Shown: one piece after another, positions 29,301 to 43,403 of the stretch | Numbering within the stretch: position 1 is the first letter of the stretch | Layout of the letters: the number at the start of each line of letters is the position of its first letter | Assembly: GCF_009914755.1 (NCBI RefSeq) | Contig: NC_060927.1 | Length of the DNA stretch: 64,000 nucleotides | Source: the human T2T-CHM13v2.0 reference genome, Homo sapiens | Strand: one strand, 5' to 3' | Program-made: the position numbers and the translations under genes | The notes under the pieces: generated by a model | What the model was told of the DNA's origin: nothing | The model's database searches: none | The model's input: the letters and a program-made list of their open reading frames with translations, nothing else

Positions 29301-29689
29301 AGGTGAAAGGAATTTAGGGTCAATCTAGTTTAATAACCCAGCCCAACGAATGGCAAAGTAAAGCAAAAGTTACCCTTAACTCACTGGTCCAGTCCATTGT
29401 GGCCGTTCATGACTATACTGCGATATCAATGGGGATCTTCTTTTCAGAATCTGGCCACATGCTCATGGAATCAACACCAAGCCCCTCAAAACTCCAGGAA
29501 AGAGATTCTGATTGATTAAGCTTGGATCACAAGCCCACTTCCTGGCTAGAGAAAGACAGAATCCCTTGACCAATATAACACCATATGCCAAGGAGAATTG
29601 GGTTGCTGTTACCAAAAAGCCAAAATAAAAGATAGCCACTAGAATGGTACTTTTAGAAACCTGCAGTCACCCCGTCTGTTGTTTGAAAT

Positions 29690-29845
29690 TTGTATTACCT
29701 CTCCCTCTCCAACAGGAAAATGGGAAACTAAACCCCATGAGGGCAGAGCCATTGTCTGTTTTGTTCCTCTCTCAAAACCAAACATTAGCACGGAGCCTGG
29801 TACGTGTAGGGCATGTAATAGCACATGTCTGCTATATGAATGGAC
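29690..29845 (+). mobile_element. L2 LINE 3' end
   Basis: CCCCATGAGGGCAGAGCCATTGTCTGTTTTGTTC...TAGCACGGAGCCTGGTACGTGTAGGGC. Confidence 0.65.
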
Positions 29846-30160
29846 CAGTCAAGATCTACATGTTGCCTGAAAGTCTCATCATGAGAAACTAAATGAATTA
29901 ACTTTGGTGCCTACTTCAAACCAAGTGACTTGGAGGTCTCCCGTGAAACTTGTTCTTCTTTCAGTTGAATCTCAAAATTTATCATGACTCCTAGCAGGCC
30001 TTAGCAACAGTGAGGAAAAAGCTGCCCAGCAGTAGCTTTAGCCCTTCTGCAGAAACAACACTCACCAATTCTGAGTGCTTGGATGGCCAAAATCACCCCA
30101 GTCAGATGAGCTTTAGCAGTTCTCCTTTCACTGAAAAATCATTAAACATCCTTTATTTTT

Positions 30161-30469
<309 letters not shown>

Positions 30470-30699
30470 ACATTCTTTATTTTTAAATAAGAAGCTTAGC
30501 TACCATCTACAGTGCAATATCTCTGTTTCATGTATTTATGACGATTTTAGCTTGTGTCTGAATGTCATCGAGGAAAACCTCTTTTAATTGGGAGGTTGAT
30601 ACACTTTTTAAAAAGAAATTCAGAAAGCAAGGATTTCCCCCACCTCATTTTTATCAACCCACTACCTCCTGAAAATGTCATTTTTGTGTTTCTTCTTAC

Positions 30700-30822
30700 T
30701 GCCTTTCTCTGAAGCTCTTTGAATTCAAGGAGAATGTCTTATTTCCTGTTATATCCGTAGCACCTAGTACAGTGCCTGGCACACAGCTGATGCTCAATAA
30801 ATAGTTGTACTTAATGAATAAG
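30700..30822 (+). mobile_element. L2 LINE 3' end
   Basis: TGTCTTATTTCCTGTTATATCCGTAGCACCTAGTACAGTGCCTGGCACACAGCTGATGCTCAATAAATAGTTG. Confidence 0.75.
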
Positions 30823-31080
30823 TACATCAGTATGGTTTTTCTTTAAATCAATGTCCAATATATATAACCAATTGTTGAATGCCAGCTCTATGCCAGTCAG
30901 GGCACTGTTAGAAACCTAGAGGGAATGTGCGTTTGATGCTTTTGTTAACCAACATAGTTTTTTGTGTTTTTTCTCAAAGACTCACTGTAAGTAGAATCTA
31001 CAGTGAGAAAACACTAGTAAGGGAAAAAAAACAGGTTGTCTACTAAAGTCATTTAACTTGCTTAAATGGCCTCTTTGGGG

Positions 31081-31333
31081 CAGGACCACGTGATGACTTT
31101 CATGGGCTCCAGGCATTTTGCCGTCATCCCTTCTTCCAAAAAATAATTAAAAGTTATACTTTACAATTCTACTGGTATAAAGATGAATATAAAGCAAACT
31201 GAATTCATCATCATCATATATTCATTATCATTCCATTCATTTTTCTTCTTTGTTTTAAATGTAATTAAAACATTAAAAGTACCGCGGGCCCCATAAACAC
31301 TGCCTGCTGCACCTAATGGATAAGTCAGCCCTG
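31081..31333 (-). mobile_element. ORSL-like non-autonomous hAT (Tip100-type) DNA transposon
   Basis: Termini CAGGACCAC... / ...GTCAGCCCTG. The minus strand reads CAGGGCTGACTTATCCATTAGG...GCCCATGAAAGTCATCACGTGGTCCTG, as in ORSL. 8-bp TSD CTTTGGGG / CCTTGGGG. Confidence 0.8.
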
Positions 31334-32229
31334 CCTTGGGGGCCACTTGAACAGTACTATTTCCCAACCAGAGCAAGTTCTCCTCCTCCCTCCTTTTCTG
31401 ATGGAATAAAGCTTCACTCCAAGGGGCTGATCTAGGCTTTCTAGTTAGAATCCTAACTCAGAAAACCTCTCCTTTTCTTGTCTAATTTAAGAATACTATG
31501 CTGAGACCTAAGGGGGAAAAGCCTGCCTGCATTAACCTTCTACCAGTTCCGAATCATGCTGACTCTTATCTTTTCTGTTGCTAAGCTGTGGGACTATTAT
31601 GCCTCCCCAACACTGCAGAGCCCTCCTCTTGTTTATGTAAAGACTCCAATTAAGCCAGAAATAGAATTTCGCACTGCAGACGTCGTTTAAAAAATGTTAA
31701 GACATTCAGGCCTGTGTTCCTGTTCATTATTCTCTGCTGAAACCTAATATTAGTAACAGCATGTACAGAGGACCTGGACCATGAATTAAAAATGAAGTAC
31801 TTGTACTGGAAAATACGTGAGTACCTAGTTACTTTATTTGGCAGTCACCTGTGAGGACAGGAGTTTGCTCTGTCTTACACAGCACTCTCAGTGATAGTTT
31901 TGCAGAATAAAACTAGAAATCAGTTATTTCCAAAGGATTACCTGCAGGGGAAAAGATAATCAAACATTAATCTACCACCTACACTCTTCCCTGCTCCAAT
32001 GCCATAGACACAGGGTTCCTCAGAAAAGTTCTGGTCCAAACCACTTCTTTTCTGAAACTTTGACTTTCCTAAAGCACTTAGTCCTGTTGATATTTTAACA
32101 TGAGTAATGTCAATTATTTCTTCATCTAGTTTACCCCACCACGGGGAGTAAAAACCTCCTAAGGACAAAGAAAGACTTGTATCTCTATTCAATCTCTAGA
32201 AAATGTGGGAGAACAGTTATGAACAGAGT

Positions 32230-32450
32230 TCCTAGATTAAATCCAATGTAGACTGAAATTCTATCTCTATGGCTCACCACATAACCGAAGCATGATCGTG
32301 AGCAAATCATTTATCTTCTTTGATCCTCAGTTTCTCCTTCTGTAAAATGCAATAATTAACTTCTCGAATTAATGTGAGGATTAGGATAAATGTAGAGTGC
32401 TCAGTATAGTGTGGTATGCCGTGAGCACTACATAAATGGTAGCTGCTATT
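32230..32450 (+). mobile_element. MIR SINE
   Basis: CCTCAGTTTCTCCTTCTGTAAAATG...TGTGAGGATTAG...GTGCTCAGTATAGTG. Confidence 0.7.
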
Positions 32451-35400
32451 ATCATTATCGTTGTTATCATATCTCATTACTTTCTTTGTATCCCTATCCT
32501 GTAGCATGGTAATTAGTACATACTAATGTTTGTTGTGTAAGTCACGGAATAGAGTTCATGCAATTATTTGATCCAAGAAGAAGGACAATTTGTTTTGTTT
32601 GTTTGCCTTGGTTTTTCTTTGTTGTTGTTGTTGTTTGTTTGTTTGTTTGTTTGCCTTGGTTTTTAACAAGATTGGTTTTCACCTGAGTTTTCTCCTTCTT
32701 TAGTGCATCATCCCTGCTTCCTGAAAGCATTGTTAAATACCTGATAACAATTTATCAAGGATATTTTTCATTTCTGATGGATTTTACTATATTGAAACAA
32801 ATTCCCAGCCAGAAACTATCATAGCTCCTCCTGTAGCAATCAAGAGAAATGTAAATCTGAACATGAAAATAGGTTTGTGTACAGAGGTGTCAAGCTTTTG
32901 GTTCTGTATATGTTACTGCAACTTTAAGGATTATTTGGTTTATTTCTTGCAAGGCAACTCACTCACCTGTCCCCAAAGACCAGGTTTTTTGTTGCTTCCT
33001 GCACATGTAAAAAAAAAAAAAATGCCTTTCTACATCTGCAGAAAACAAGTAGTTGTTGTCATCACTATACTTGCCCTGTGAAACCTTAGCAAGGGGGTAG
33101 AGTTACACATTCCGCTCCTTTTAAGAGGAGCAGAGTATTTCAGCTCCATCGATGGGGAGTTGCATCCAGTGGCTCTAATAACCTTGGCTTTTAAGTTTTG
33201 TGGATTTAGACATCAAATTATGTTTTAAAATATAACAAAATCCAAAATAGTTTTCAAAACCAAAAAAAAAAAGATGAAACAAAAATCAAGGAGTTAGAAT
33301 GATCTCTGATGAAAACCAATTCATAGAGAAAGGTCTAGTTTCTGTTTTTGTTTTCTTTTAAGCTATTACATAACTGATTGTAGTATGTGGTACAGGAAAT
33401 AATTTTGCCCATGCACCTGCACAGAAAAACCCAAATCAACGAGTTTGCTTCAGCCATCAATCTGTGGGACCAAAAGCTAAGCCTGAAAGCAAAGGTGAAA
33501 TAAAATACGAAAATTGCACAGCAGCCGCAGAGGAGTCAGCTATCCAGAGGCCCTGCTGAAACCCCATCTTTAGGGTAGAGTTTCAGACACATTTTGATGT
33601 TTTGGTCACCTGACCCAAGCTCTGGAGCCCAATTGGCCTCCAAATTTACAGGCTAAGTAATGATGTAACTAGAGTGTGTGGGAACCAGGAGGATGAGACA
33701 GATACAATTTTTCCCAGTCGTTTATTAGACTTGGCTACTAATTCTGCTTGTTCTTCAGTTTGACTACTGGTTATCAGGAAATTTGAACTACTTAAAGAAC
33801 ATAATCAGTTTATCTATAACCAGGGCAGAATTTAGTCACATTCATGTAAAATTAAACTACAGTAACAGAAAATAGTAATTTGTGAAATTCAACTATTTAT
33901 ATTTGAATTTGATAGCAGATATATTTTAATGTATCTATATTTTGTTTTTCTGTACTCTTTTTTCACTAAACATTATTTACAATATCACTTATAATATCAT
34001 TCTTATGTTGTCTAAGAAAGAAATCCATCAAAATAAATGTGTTGGTTTATCCACGATTTTTCTAATCCTTTTCTTAATCTTACAGCATTTTTGTCTAAAC
34101 AGAATAAATGTTTATACTCAAGTAATTTGTCACTATGGTAACTTTTGGCCTTTAAAATGCTGACACTATATCAGAGACAACCAAGAGAAGAAATTATCCT
34201 TGTTCGACAAGTAAGCAGAACCAGTTTGGCAAACTTCAGGATGCCTAGGGATGAAAGGCGTTTGTTGTTCTAGAAATACTACTTCATGTCAGGAAAATGA
34301 GAGCATATCCTGGTTTCATGACAAAAACAGGAGCTGTAATGCTGATAGCAAAACTTAAAGATTGAAGACTTTTTTCATCTAAATTTCCTATAACACTTCC
34401 CTCCCCACTCCCAAGAAATCATGTAAGTAATTTCTAATACTCACACAATATTATCTTTCTAATGTGTAGGCATGAGTTTGTAATAACTTTTCTGACTTGT
34501 AATCCTAAATCCCTTGAAGATAGTCTTACAGTTGTACCTCACAAGACTTTGTCCAACAGAAAATGTAATATGTCTCCAAATGGAATGGTATGGCTATTTA
34601 TAATGAACTCCCTGTATATTTTTTAAATTAAAGGATGTTATATTTTGCTGTCATTCATACGCATAGGAAGTATTTCCCATTCTCAAAATATTTAATCTAG
34701 TTAGCAAATATCTTTAGGAAAGAAATCTCTAAAAATCCTTCTTTATCACTCCCCTTGTTTAAGTGTGTATCATGCCAAACACACACACAGTAGATATGGT
34801 GTCTGATATCTTCTGAAACCTGTTGGGGACTATATGAAACATTAATGGGGATTAGTGTTAGAACTGGTGTAAACATAGCAAACAATCTGCTGAAAGTGCA
34901 TACTCACATTTCCATATGTTATGCAGTAAGCGGAGTCATTTAAGAAGCGAGGTACTCAGGGAGATGGTGTTCAGGTAGTGAGTATTTGGCTGGTGAAAAG
35001 TAAACACACCCTGGATGTATTTACTCCATAGCACCAGCATATACATATCTACCCGACTCCAGTCCTTAAGCTTCTCCTCAAGAGACAAGTCAAGATTGAG
35101 ATACGCAATTTCACTACACAAAGCTTCTAAAACATAGATAAAAATGATTTAGTACTTCCAGGTGCACTGTAATTCTTGGCAGAAAAAGTTAATTCCAGGT
35201 GTGTAATCTCCTAAAGAAATCTGTTGTCAAAGCTGGATAAAACCATCACATTCGAAAAATAAAAGTTCACCTATGAACAAAGTATAAGGTATGGCTAGGA
35301 AAACTCTCTGCTCTATGTAGAAATTAAAGCATAAAAGTGAAACTCCCTTTTACTTATGTAAACATTGCTGGGCTTTGGGCATCATTTCAAAAGAGGTAGA

Positions 35401-36905
35401 GCCGAACATGCGTGAGCATATAGAAATATGACATACTCTCGGTGGGAGGTTTGGGGTGGGGTTCTAGTGCCAAGCCAGACTCTAACACACAGACAAAGGA
35501 AGAAACAAGCTGCATTTTATAGCTTACAGATTTTTTTTTCTTTATTTTTTCAAGCCTCTGAGCCAACCAAATAACTCAATCAACAACAACAAAACCGAGA
35601 TGGGCCACAAAGTGGAAAATGTTATAACAGCTTAAGTAACAAGGAGGTGGGGTGGGGGGGCCCTGGCAGGGATAGGAATGCTGGTGGAGGGTGCGGGGAG
35701 GAGAAACCCCATATTATAGAATATTTAAGCCTTGCAATTCAATGCACATTTATTAATTGGTTTCTTTTTAAGAGACACTTATTTATGACAGGTTTATGAA
35801 CAATATAGCATGTGCAGCACTGACGTTCTCCCATGGCTTATTTTTATTTCCATATGTTTAGACAAAATGAACATCACATTTAATACTAGTACTAGCAGCT
35901 CTTGAAGTGTTTGCCAGTGCTACATCCCTTGGGAGTTGTTACCACTAGATTAATATCCTGTGGGTCACTTAATTTAAAAAACCACATTATAGAGGCTTTA
36001 TGTGATTAGATGTACTGCTTTTACAAGCCAGTTGGGGTGTGTCCTTGGCATCTGGTTCAGAAAGGCTGGTGAGCGTAACTTATATAGACCTCCAACCTGG
36101 AGTGTCTGAGCAGCCAATGATTGTACTGACATATGGACGAGCAGAGAAAAATGTGTCCTCTGTCTACCATCAGAAACTGCCTTGAAGACAGGATCTAAAA
36201 GGAACAACTTGCTTAGTCAGAAACCGGCCTAAACAGATGGTAGAAATTGGCTGCTTCAGAGAGTGAAGGGTAGTGCTATCATACCCTGAATCAGGCCTGT
36301 TTGTCACAAAATGCTCATAGTAAATAAACAGCCATGCTATTTCCACACTATGCTATCAAAACCAAGTTCTACCAATCAGAGAGTATTTTACTTGAGAATT
36401 TAAAATATGCTCTTTATTTTCTCTGTTAAACATTCTCAGGTCTCGGTATTTGGAAGACCACCCAAAAACAACAGGAAGCATGCTTTTTGAGTGAACAAGA
36501 GGAATTTGCCACTGGCTTCAAGGACACTTGGAATAAGATGACCAGTATTTCCTGCGGGAGTTTCAAATGGCATCAGGTGCAGTGGCTCCAGGCAACCTGG
36601 AAGCATTCATCATCATTTATGGTCTACTCTTGATTCTGTGAGGAGATGATTCACTTAGGCTTCCTACAGGCCAGGCCCAAAGAGGTGGCAGGCTACCATG
36701 AGGACAACAAAGCCTAAAAGTCATCCAGGTGGGACATTGTGAACTACAGAACCTATGTATGAGGTAGATTGCAAGTATCTCCGGTCACATTCACAAGCCA
36801 ATAAAAACAATGCTGTCCTCCATGAGAACAAATCTAATTAGAACAAATCCCAGTCCTTTACAAATACTGTAGACTGAAATGCTTGTTTTAAAGATAAAGA
36901 CATTT

Positions 36906-37380
<475 letters not shown>

Positions 37381-40300
37381 ATAAAGACATTTGTTCAGCC
37401 CTTCAAACTGTCAATGAGTATGTTCTTGGAAAGGTTCCTTGTCATCAAATATAAATTGCAATGATCAAAGGCGAACTACGTATCAATATGTAATGAAAAA
37501 TAATTTACTAGGAGTCTACATTGGAGGAGATGAACTCTACAGCAGAAATGGTGCACCTCTGGGTTTGCCAAAGCAGAAAAATTCTTGACAGCCTTTCCAA
37601 AAGTACAACCAAGTTCTTGTGCCCCAGAGTGGGGTGAGATCTTAGAGAAGAGAGGCATCTATAGGGATTATTTTTGAAGTCTTGTTCACAGGTTTAAGCA
37701 GTTACAATCACAAGTCTCTCTGCTCAACCACGACCATCTAGGTTTGCCCATTACTTTATTTTTTAATCTGACACAAAAGGAAAGACGCAGAGGTGAGAAA
37801 GGGAGGGGTAGAAAGGTGAATTATACTCTCTGTATCCTGTTCTACCACTTGCCACATTTCTAAATTACCAAGATTCCCAGGCACAAGAGTATGTGTGAAT
37901 ATTTTGTTCTGTTTTTTTACTCAGTACTAATAATACACAAGAGCTGAATAGTTACTGAAACTATTTCCAGTTTCTTGCATTTGATAATAGATGGAGACCC
38001 GATTCGAACTGACCTAGACACTTAAATACTATCCCAGACAGAGCCATCCCCAAGTAGGTCACAGAGCTTCTCTGTGTCTGTTTCTTTATTTGCAAAATCA
38101 TACTGTATCACCTGTCAAATTCACAGATTGTTAAGAATTAAGTAAGTTCATGGCTATGAAACACCTTTAAAACTATGAAGCACTAAAACAAATTCAGTGG
38201 ATAGTGGCAATTATGAAGAGGATGATGATGGAAATGAGAGAGACTACAAATGAAAATTCTGTATATTTATGAAATTATGGCTTAGTATTTGTCATTTGAG
38301 AATTTCAATGTTTTTGGACATATAGGACTGGGATCATAAAAATTCATGAGCATATTGGTGATCCTCAAATAAAATCTGTTTTAAATACATAATGTACACT
38401 TTCCAAAAGAAAATTCGTGATGTGCATATTTATATATTTACTAGCACTATCAAAAGGTACCAAAGATGTTAACACTAAGTGCTAAGCATTTTGCATACTT
38501 CTGGAAGCTGTTCTTCCCTGCTTTGCCCACATAAGTCACCTCCCTTGAATGATACTTGGGAAGGCCTGGTCACAATCATCTTTAGACATTTGATCTGACT
38601 GAGATAATGTCCCATGAAGGTGCTGTGATTTCGGTCAAAGGTGAAATAAACATTTTTCTCAGTATTATTGTCCAAGAGATTTTACTTTTGACACTCTGGG
38701 TCTGCCTCAAGTGGCTGCTAGGTGATAGAGGATGAAAAAGAGAAGGAATGAGTAAAACCTGAAGTGAGAACCAGAAGTTTTCCCTAAAAGAAGCTAAGTT
38801 TTTTAGGGTGAAGATAAAGATTTAATTTTGCAATATTAATTTCTACTGCCAGTGTAAAACTTTATCTTTCTAGGTATCTGTACACGTCTCTGCCCAAAGT
38901 ACCCTCCTGCTACTAAGGCAAAGGAAAAACATATTGATTTTTCTGCAAATTCCCATACCTTTCTTTCAAGTTGACTGCTTGGAAATCTATTCAAATTGGA
39001 GACTGTATCCTGTTTAGGTAGCTGAAGTTGACAGCAGAGCTTTAATTAATAAGGCGTGCAAGGACAAAGGCACTAGGCCCAAATCAGATACAAGCGACAT
39101 CTTCTTGTGGCTGCTCTGAGAAGCACAGCAATTATTTATACTCTACCTTGGTGCTCAGGCAGAAGAAATAAGGCTAGAGCATGAAGAGCAATGCTATCTG
39201 CCAATATATGAGAATTATAGCATTCTGGATGAACAGAGTTATATTATCCCTGCTTTCAGATAAGTAAACCAAGAATCAGAGTGCGTGGATTACTCTGCAA
39301 ATGGAGGTAGAAAGCCTGTGCCCTATTTTCTTGTCCATCTTCAATATCCTGTGCTGGGATTTCAACAACACTTGAAATCCTCTTGCTTTCCTCCTTTTGC
39401 CCATTATATTCCTTATCTACAGTGGGCATTTTCAGTGCTGCCAACAGTGCCTATGAATCTACGTTCTAAATGTCAGGACCTGCCAAGATTTGTTAATTAT
39501 CCTAACTCCCTCTGCTGGCGGATTTAACTACAACCCAGATTCAAAACTCAATGGAACACAGTAACTGTTTAAAATGTTTTTCAAGTTAATTCACATCATA
39601 AAAGAGTAGGTCCGAAGAAGGAAGAAAACTACAAGGTGAATTTTAGTTGAGAACGTAACTCACTATAATATAAATAAACTGGAGGTTTAATAGTATTTTT
39701 TAAACCAGCATCTGGGATAAGATTTGTGAAATATGAAGTAGATAATGTTGGTATAATTTTTCCCCATTCTCTTTTTGTTCCCACACTCCTTTTCATTTTT
39801 GTGGCTTGTGATATTTCCCTTTGTCTCTAAGCTCTAGACTTCTACTTAATAAGTACCAATAAAGATTGTATGTTATCCTTAAACAGTGGTAGCATTCCCC
39901 ACCTGCTAATTGCTTTATTTGTACTTACTGTTTCCGCCCTCTCATCAACAGGGGCTTTAGTATAAAGGGCAATGAAGTAGAACGTGATGAGGCGAACAGG
40001 AGCCAGCCGAGTGAATGCTTCTATAATTACACAGTAGCCTGGAGTAGCTCTTCTCAAATCAAATTATGAGCCTGGATTACCTAAAACTCTCAGGACACAG
40101 CCCGGGTTTTCATTTGTCTGTAGGTTACTGTCGACAAGCAGCCTTCTTTCCCCTTGCCATTATTCTTCACAGAGATTATCAAAGCTCCCATTCCACTGCA
40201 ATATTCCCAGAGCAATGAGATGCCATGGAGAAGGCCATTTTCTTAAATGGCTTGCCTGACCCCATGTGCTTTACCACTTATTTTTTTTTAATTTAAAAAA

Positions 40301-40539
40301 AAACTTTTTTTCATGTTTATAACCACCTCTGTCATTTGCATATCAAAGTTGATTCCCAGCTGAGCTTATTCATGATTCTTTGGCAAATATTTATGCTTTG
40401 TCAATGTCCCAACCACCCATAAGGCAACAGGAACAAAAGTCAATAGGCCTCAGCAATGTTTGGATCCTTGTTTGAACACCTGACTATACCCTCGGAACTG
40501 TACACTGCACTGGAAATAGCATAGTAATAGGAGGACCAG

Positions 40540-40690
40540 ACTCGAGGTCAGGCCATCTGGAATAGGGGCACAGATCTGATGATGGCTAGCTGTGTGGCCC
40601 TGTGACACCCGTTCACTTCTCATTTTCTCCATCTGAAAGCCAAGGCAATTGAACTAGATAATCTCCAAGGTCCCTTCCAGTTCTGTGGTT
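40540..40690 (+). mobile_element. MIR/MIR3 SINE
   Basis: GCTAGCTGTGTGGCC...CTCATTTTCTCCATCTGAAA...GAACTAGATAATCTCCAAGGTCCCTTCCAGTTCT. Confidence 0.65.
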
Positions 40691-41664
40691 TCATAGACTC
40701 AGCACAGTGCTGCATGGATCATGTGCACAGGAGACTCAGTACATATTTGATTGCAGCAGCTAAGCAAAGCAAAACAGCAATCCATTTCTCAAGTGGTTTA
40801 AATGTTTATTAAATCAAGATTTGATGTGTCCAAGATCTGATCAAAAAGTGAACAAAAAATGGTGAGCTTTGGTTGGTTAATGACTCCTAGAGAGAAAATC
40901 CAGGCTCAAGTCTTAGCTGTGTGCAGTGTTGGGGTCGGTCTACTAAAGCTTCTAAGAGGGAAGGGTTAGATGATCTCTAAAGTTGTTTCCAACATTGAAA
41001 TTACAGCTCAAAAAGATAAAATTCAAGTCACCAATTCCTGTACGTAATAGTCAGTGCACTTTATCTTCTTGAGAAAAAAATGGATAATTTTATGAATAAT
41101 TCTTTTAAAAATCCTCCATTCTGTAACACTCTATAATAAAGATTTTTCGTTTGGTTTAAAATAAGTATTTAAAACGGGCATAGTGATAGGGAAGACAGGT
41201 AAGATTATAATCATTACAAAGTTGAGAATTTTTCATATATGGTCATAGTAACGTAGTCTGATATCACACGCCAATTTGTTAAGGTGACGCTTAGATGTCA
41301 CCAGAAAGGTAATGAGACTTTTGTTTTCATGGGTAGTATCTTAATTTAGAAAGTTATACTAAACAGAACTTAAAATACTAGTTGTATTTCTATTTAAAAA
41401 AAAAAAAAGCCATGTTTCCCATACTTAAAAAAAAAACTACTCATCAGCAAAAATGTTACAAAATAAACTGAGTTTTAAATTGTTTCCACTTGAGAACTAA
41501 AGGACTTTGTTAATGATGAAAATTTAATTTAGTTTTACATATTATTGTTCCTAATTGAAAAATTACAAGCATAAGTGCTAGCACTTTCTAAGTACTTCTG
41601 TATTTACTTAAAATAAAAGCTATATCCACAGGACTAACCCACCCAACAAGTATGATATCAATAA

Positions 41665-41995
<331 letters not shown>

Positions 41996-42779
41996 TAGAA
42001 CCACTCTTAACACTTGAAATGGCAATGGCCCTAACACACACGTGGTACTTGTTGTGAAAAATTATCATCCTTTGTAAAGATAACGGTGAGGATAAAACTA
42101 AGATGGATGGGCAAATGAACATCATTTGGGAATGCTAAATTAGATAAGTGGATACAAAAGAATTCTTAACTTCCAAGTGCACACCTTACACACAGATAAC
42201 AGGAATTTAAATTCTGATCGTTCAAGTCAAACCTGAAGTCCTTCTTCCAAAATTTTCCTGAAACATTTGCAAAACTTTTAAACCTACTTTGCAAACTGGA
42301 AAATTTACAAAAACAATGAGATTAGTTCATTCGGGTTTCATCTTAACCAATATTTTTCTCCTTTACTTATGGTTGAAGCAGGCAGAGAAAATAAATTTTA
42401 CCAATAATTATATAATAGTTGTTGCTTTCCAATTATAATATCCTCTCCTTTTATCTTATTTACTTCCCATTAACAACACTGTATCTGACTTGGTCTCATA
42501 AACTGCTATGCATACACACACACACAAACACAAATTTTGTATGTATGTGTATATATGTACTTAAAATATGTATTTTATATATATAAAATTATATGTAATA
42601 TGTACTTAACATACTGTGCACACATGCACACAGACAGCATGCAAGAGGAAGTATTGCTTGGTTTTCAGGTTATTCCGTTTTTAAAAAACAATGCATTGCT
42701 TTTTATACCTCCATTTCTAACCACCAACTTACTCTCAAAACTTTCCCCTATGTACGCCTGTAAAACATTCTTGTATGAC

Positions 42780-43025
42780 ATAATGGTTATGCATCCAGTA
42801 TCTGAAGCCAGACTATCTGGGTTGCAATCCTGGTTTACTTTCCTTTATCTGGATAACCTTAGGAAGTTGCTTGACTTCACTGTGCCTCAGTTTCCTCATC
42901 TACAAAATGGAGATCATATGGCATCTACTTTGTAGGATTGCTGTGAGGATTAAATAAGTTCATATGCACAAAGTTTAGAATAGTACCTACCATATAAGAA
43001 GCAGTGAACAATTAGATATTACTAT
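42780..43025 (+). mobile_element. MIR SINE, near full length
   Basis: TCTGAAGCCAGACTATCTGGGTTGCAATCCTGG...CTGTGCCTCAGTTTCCTCATCTACAAAATGGAGAT...GTGAGGATTAAAT. Confidence 0.85.
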
Positions 43026-43211
43026 TATCGTTGCCATTGGCTTAGTTAATACTATGTGTCTACAACTAAACTACTTTGTTAAAGATTTTCCAAGTACATC
43101 AATCTTTCCCTTTACTTCCACCATTCTTCACTAACATAGCAGAAGAGTTTCACTACTGTTATTTTCCACAAATACTTCTGCCAAAGAAAGTTCTCAGCAT
43201 GGTTATAGAGA

Positions 43212-43403
43212 AGCACTGTCCAACAGAGCTTTCTTTGATGGAGGAAATATTCTATATCTACATTGTTCAATACTAGTCACCAGCCACGTGCAGTTAATGA
43301 GCACCTGAAGTTTGACTAAGGAATTGAATATTTTATTAAATTTAATTTTAATTTTAATAAAAAGGGCTATAATGGCTAATAATTATCATATTGAACAGCA
43401 CTG
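43212..43403 (+). mobile_element. MER3-like hAT-Charlie MITE
   Basis: AGCACTGTCCAACAGAGCTTTCTTTGATGGAGGAAATATTCTATATCT...CACCAGCCACGTG...TGAGCAC, then an AT-rich centre, then ATATTGAACAGCACTG. Confidence 0.8.

Noticed and set aside
32590-32665. Duplicated TTGTTTGCCTTGGTTTTT around (GTT)n/(GTTT)n
   Set aside because: Explained by ordinary microsatellite slippage.
33655-33780. Possible C/D box snoRNA (AATGATG start)
   Set aside because: No properly placed CTGA box D, terminal stem or recognisable rRNA guide.
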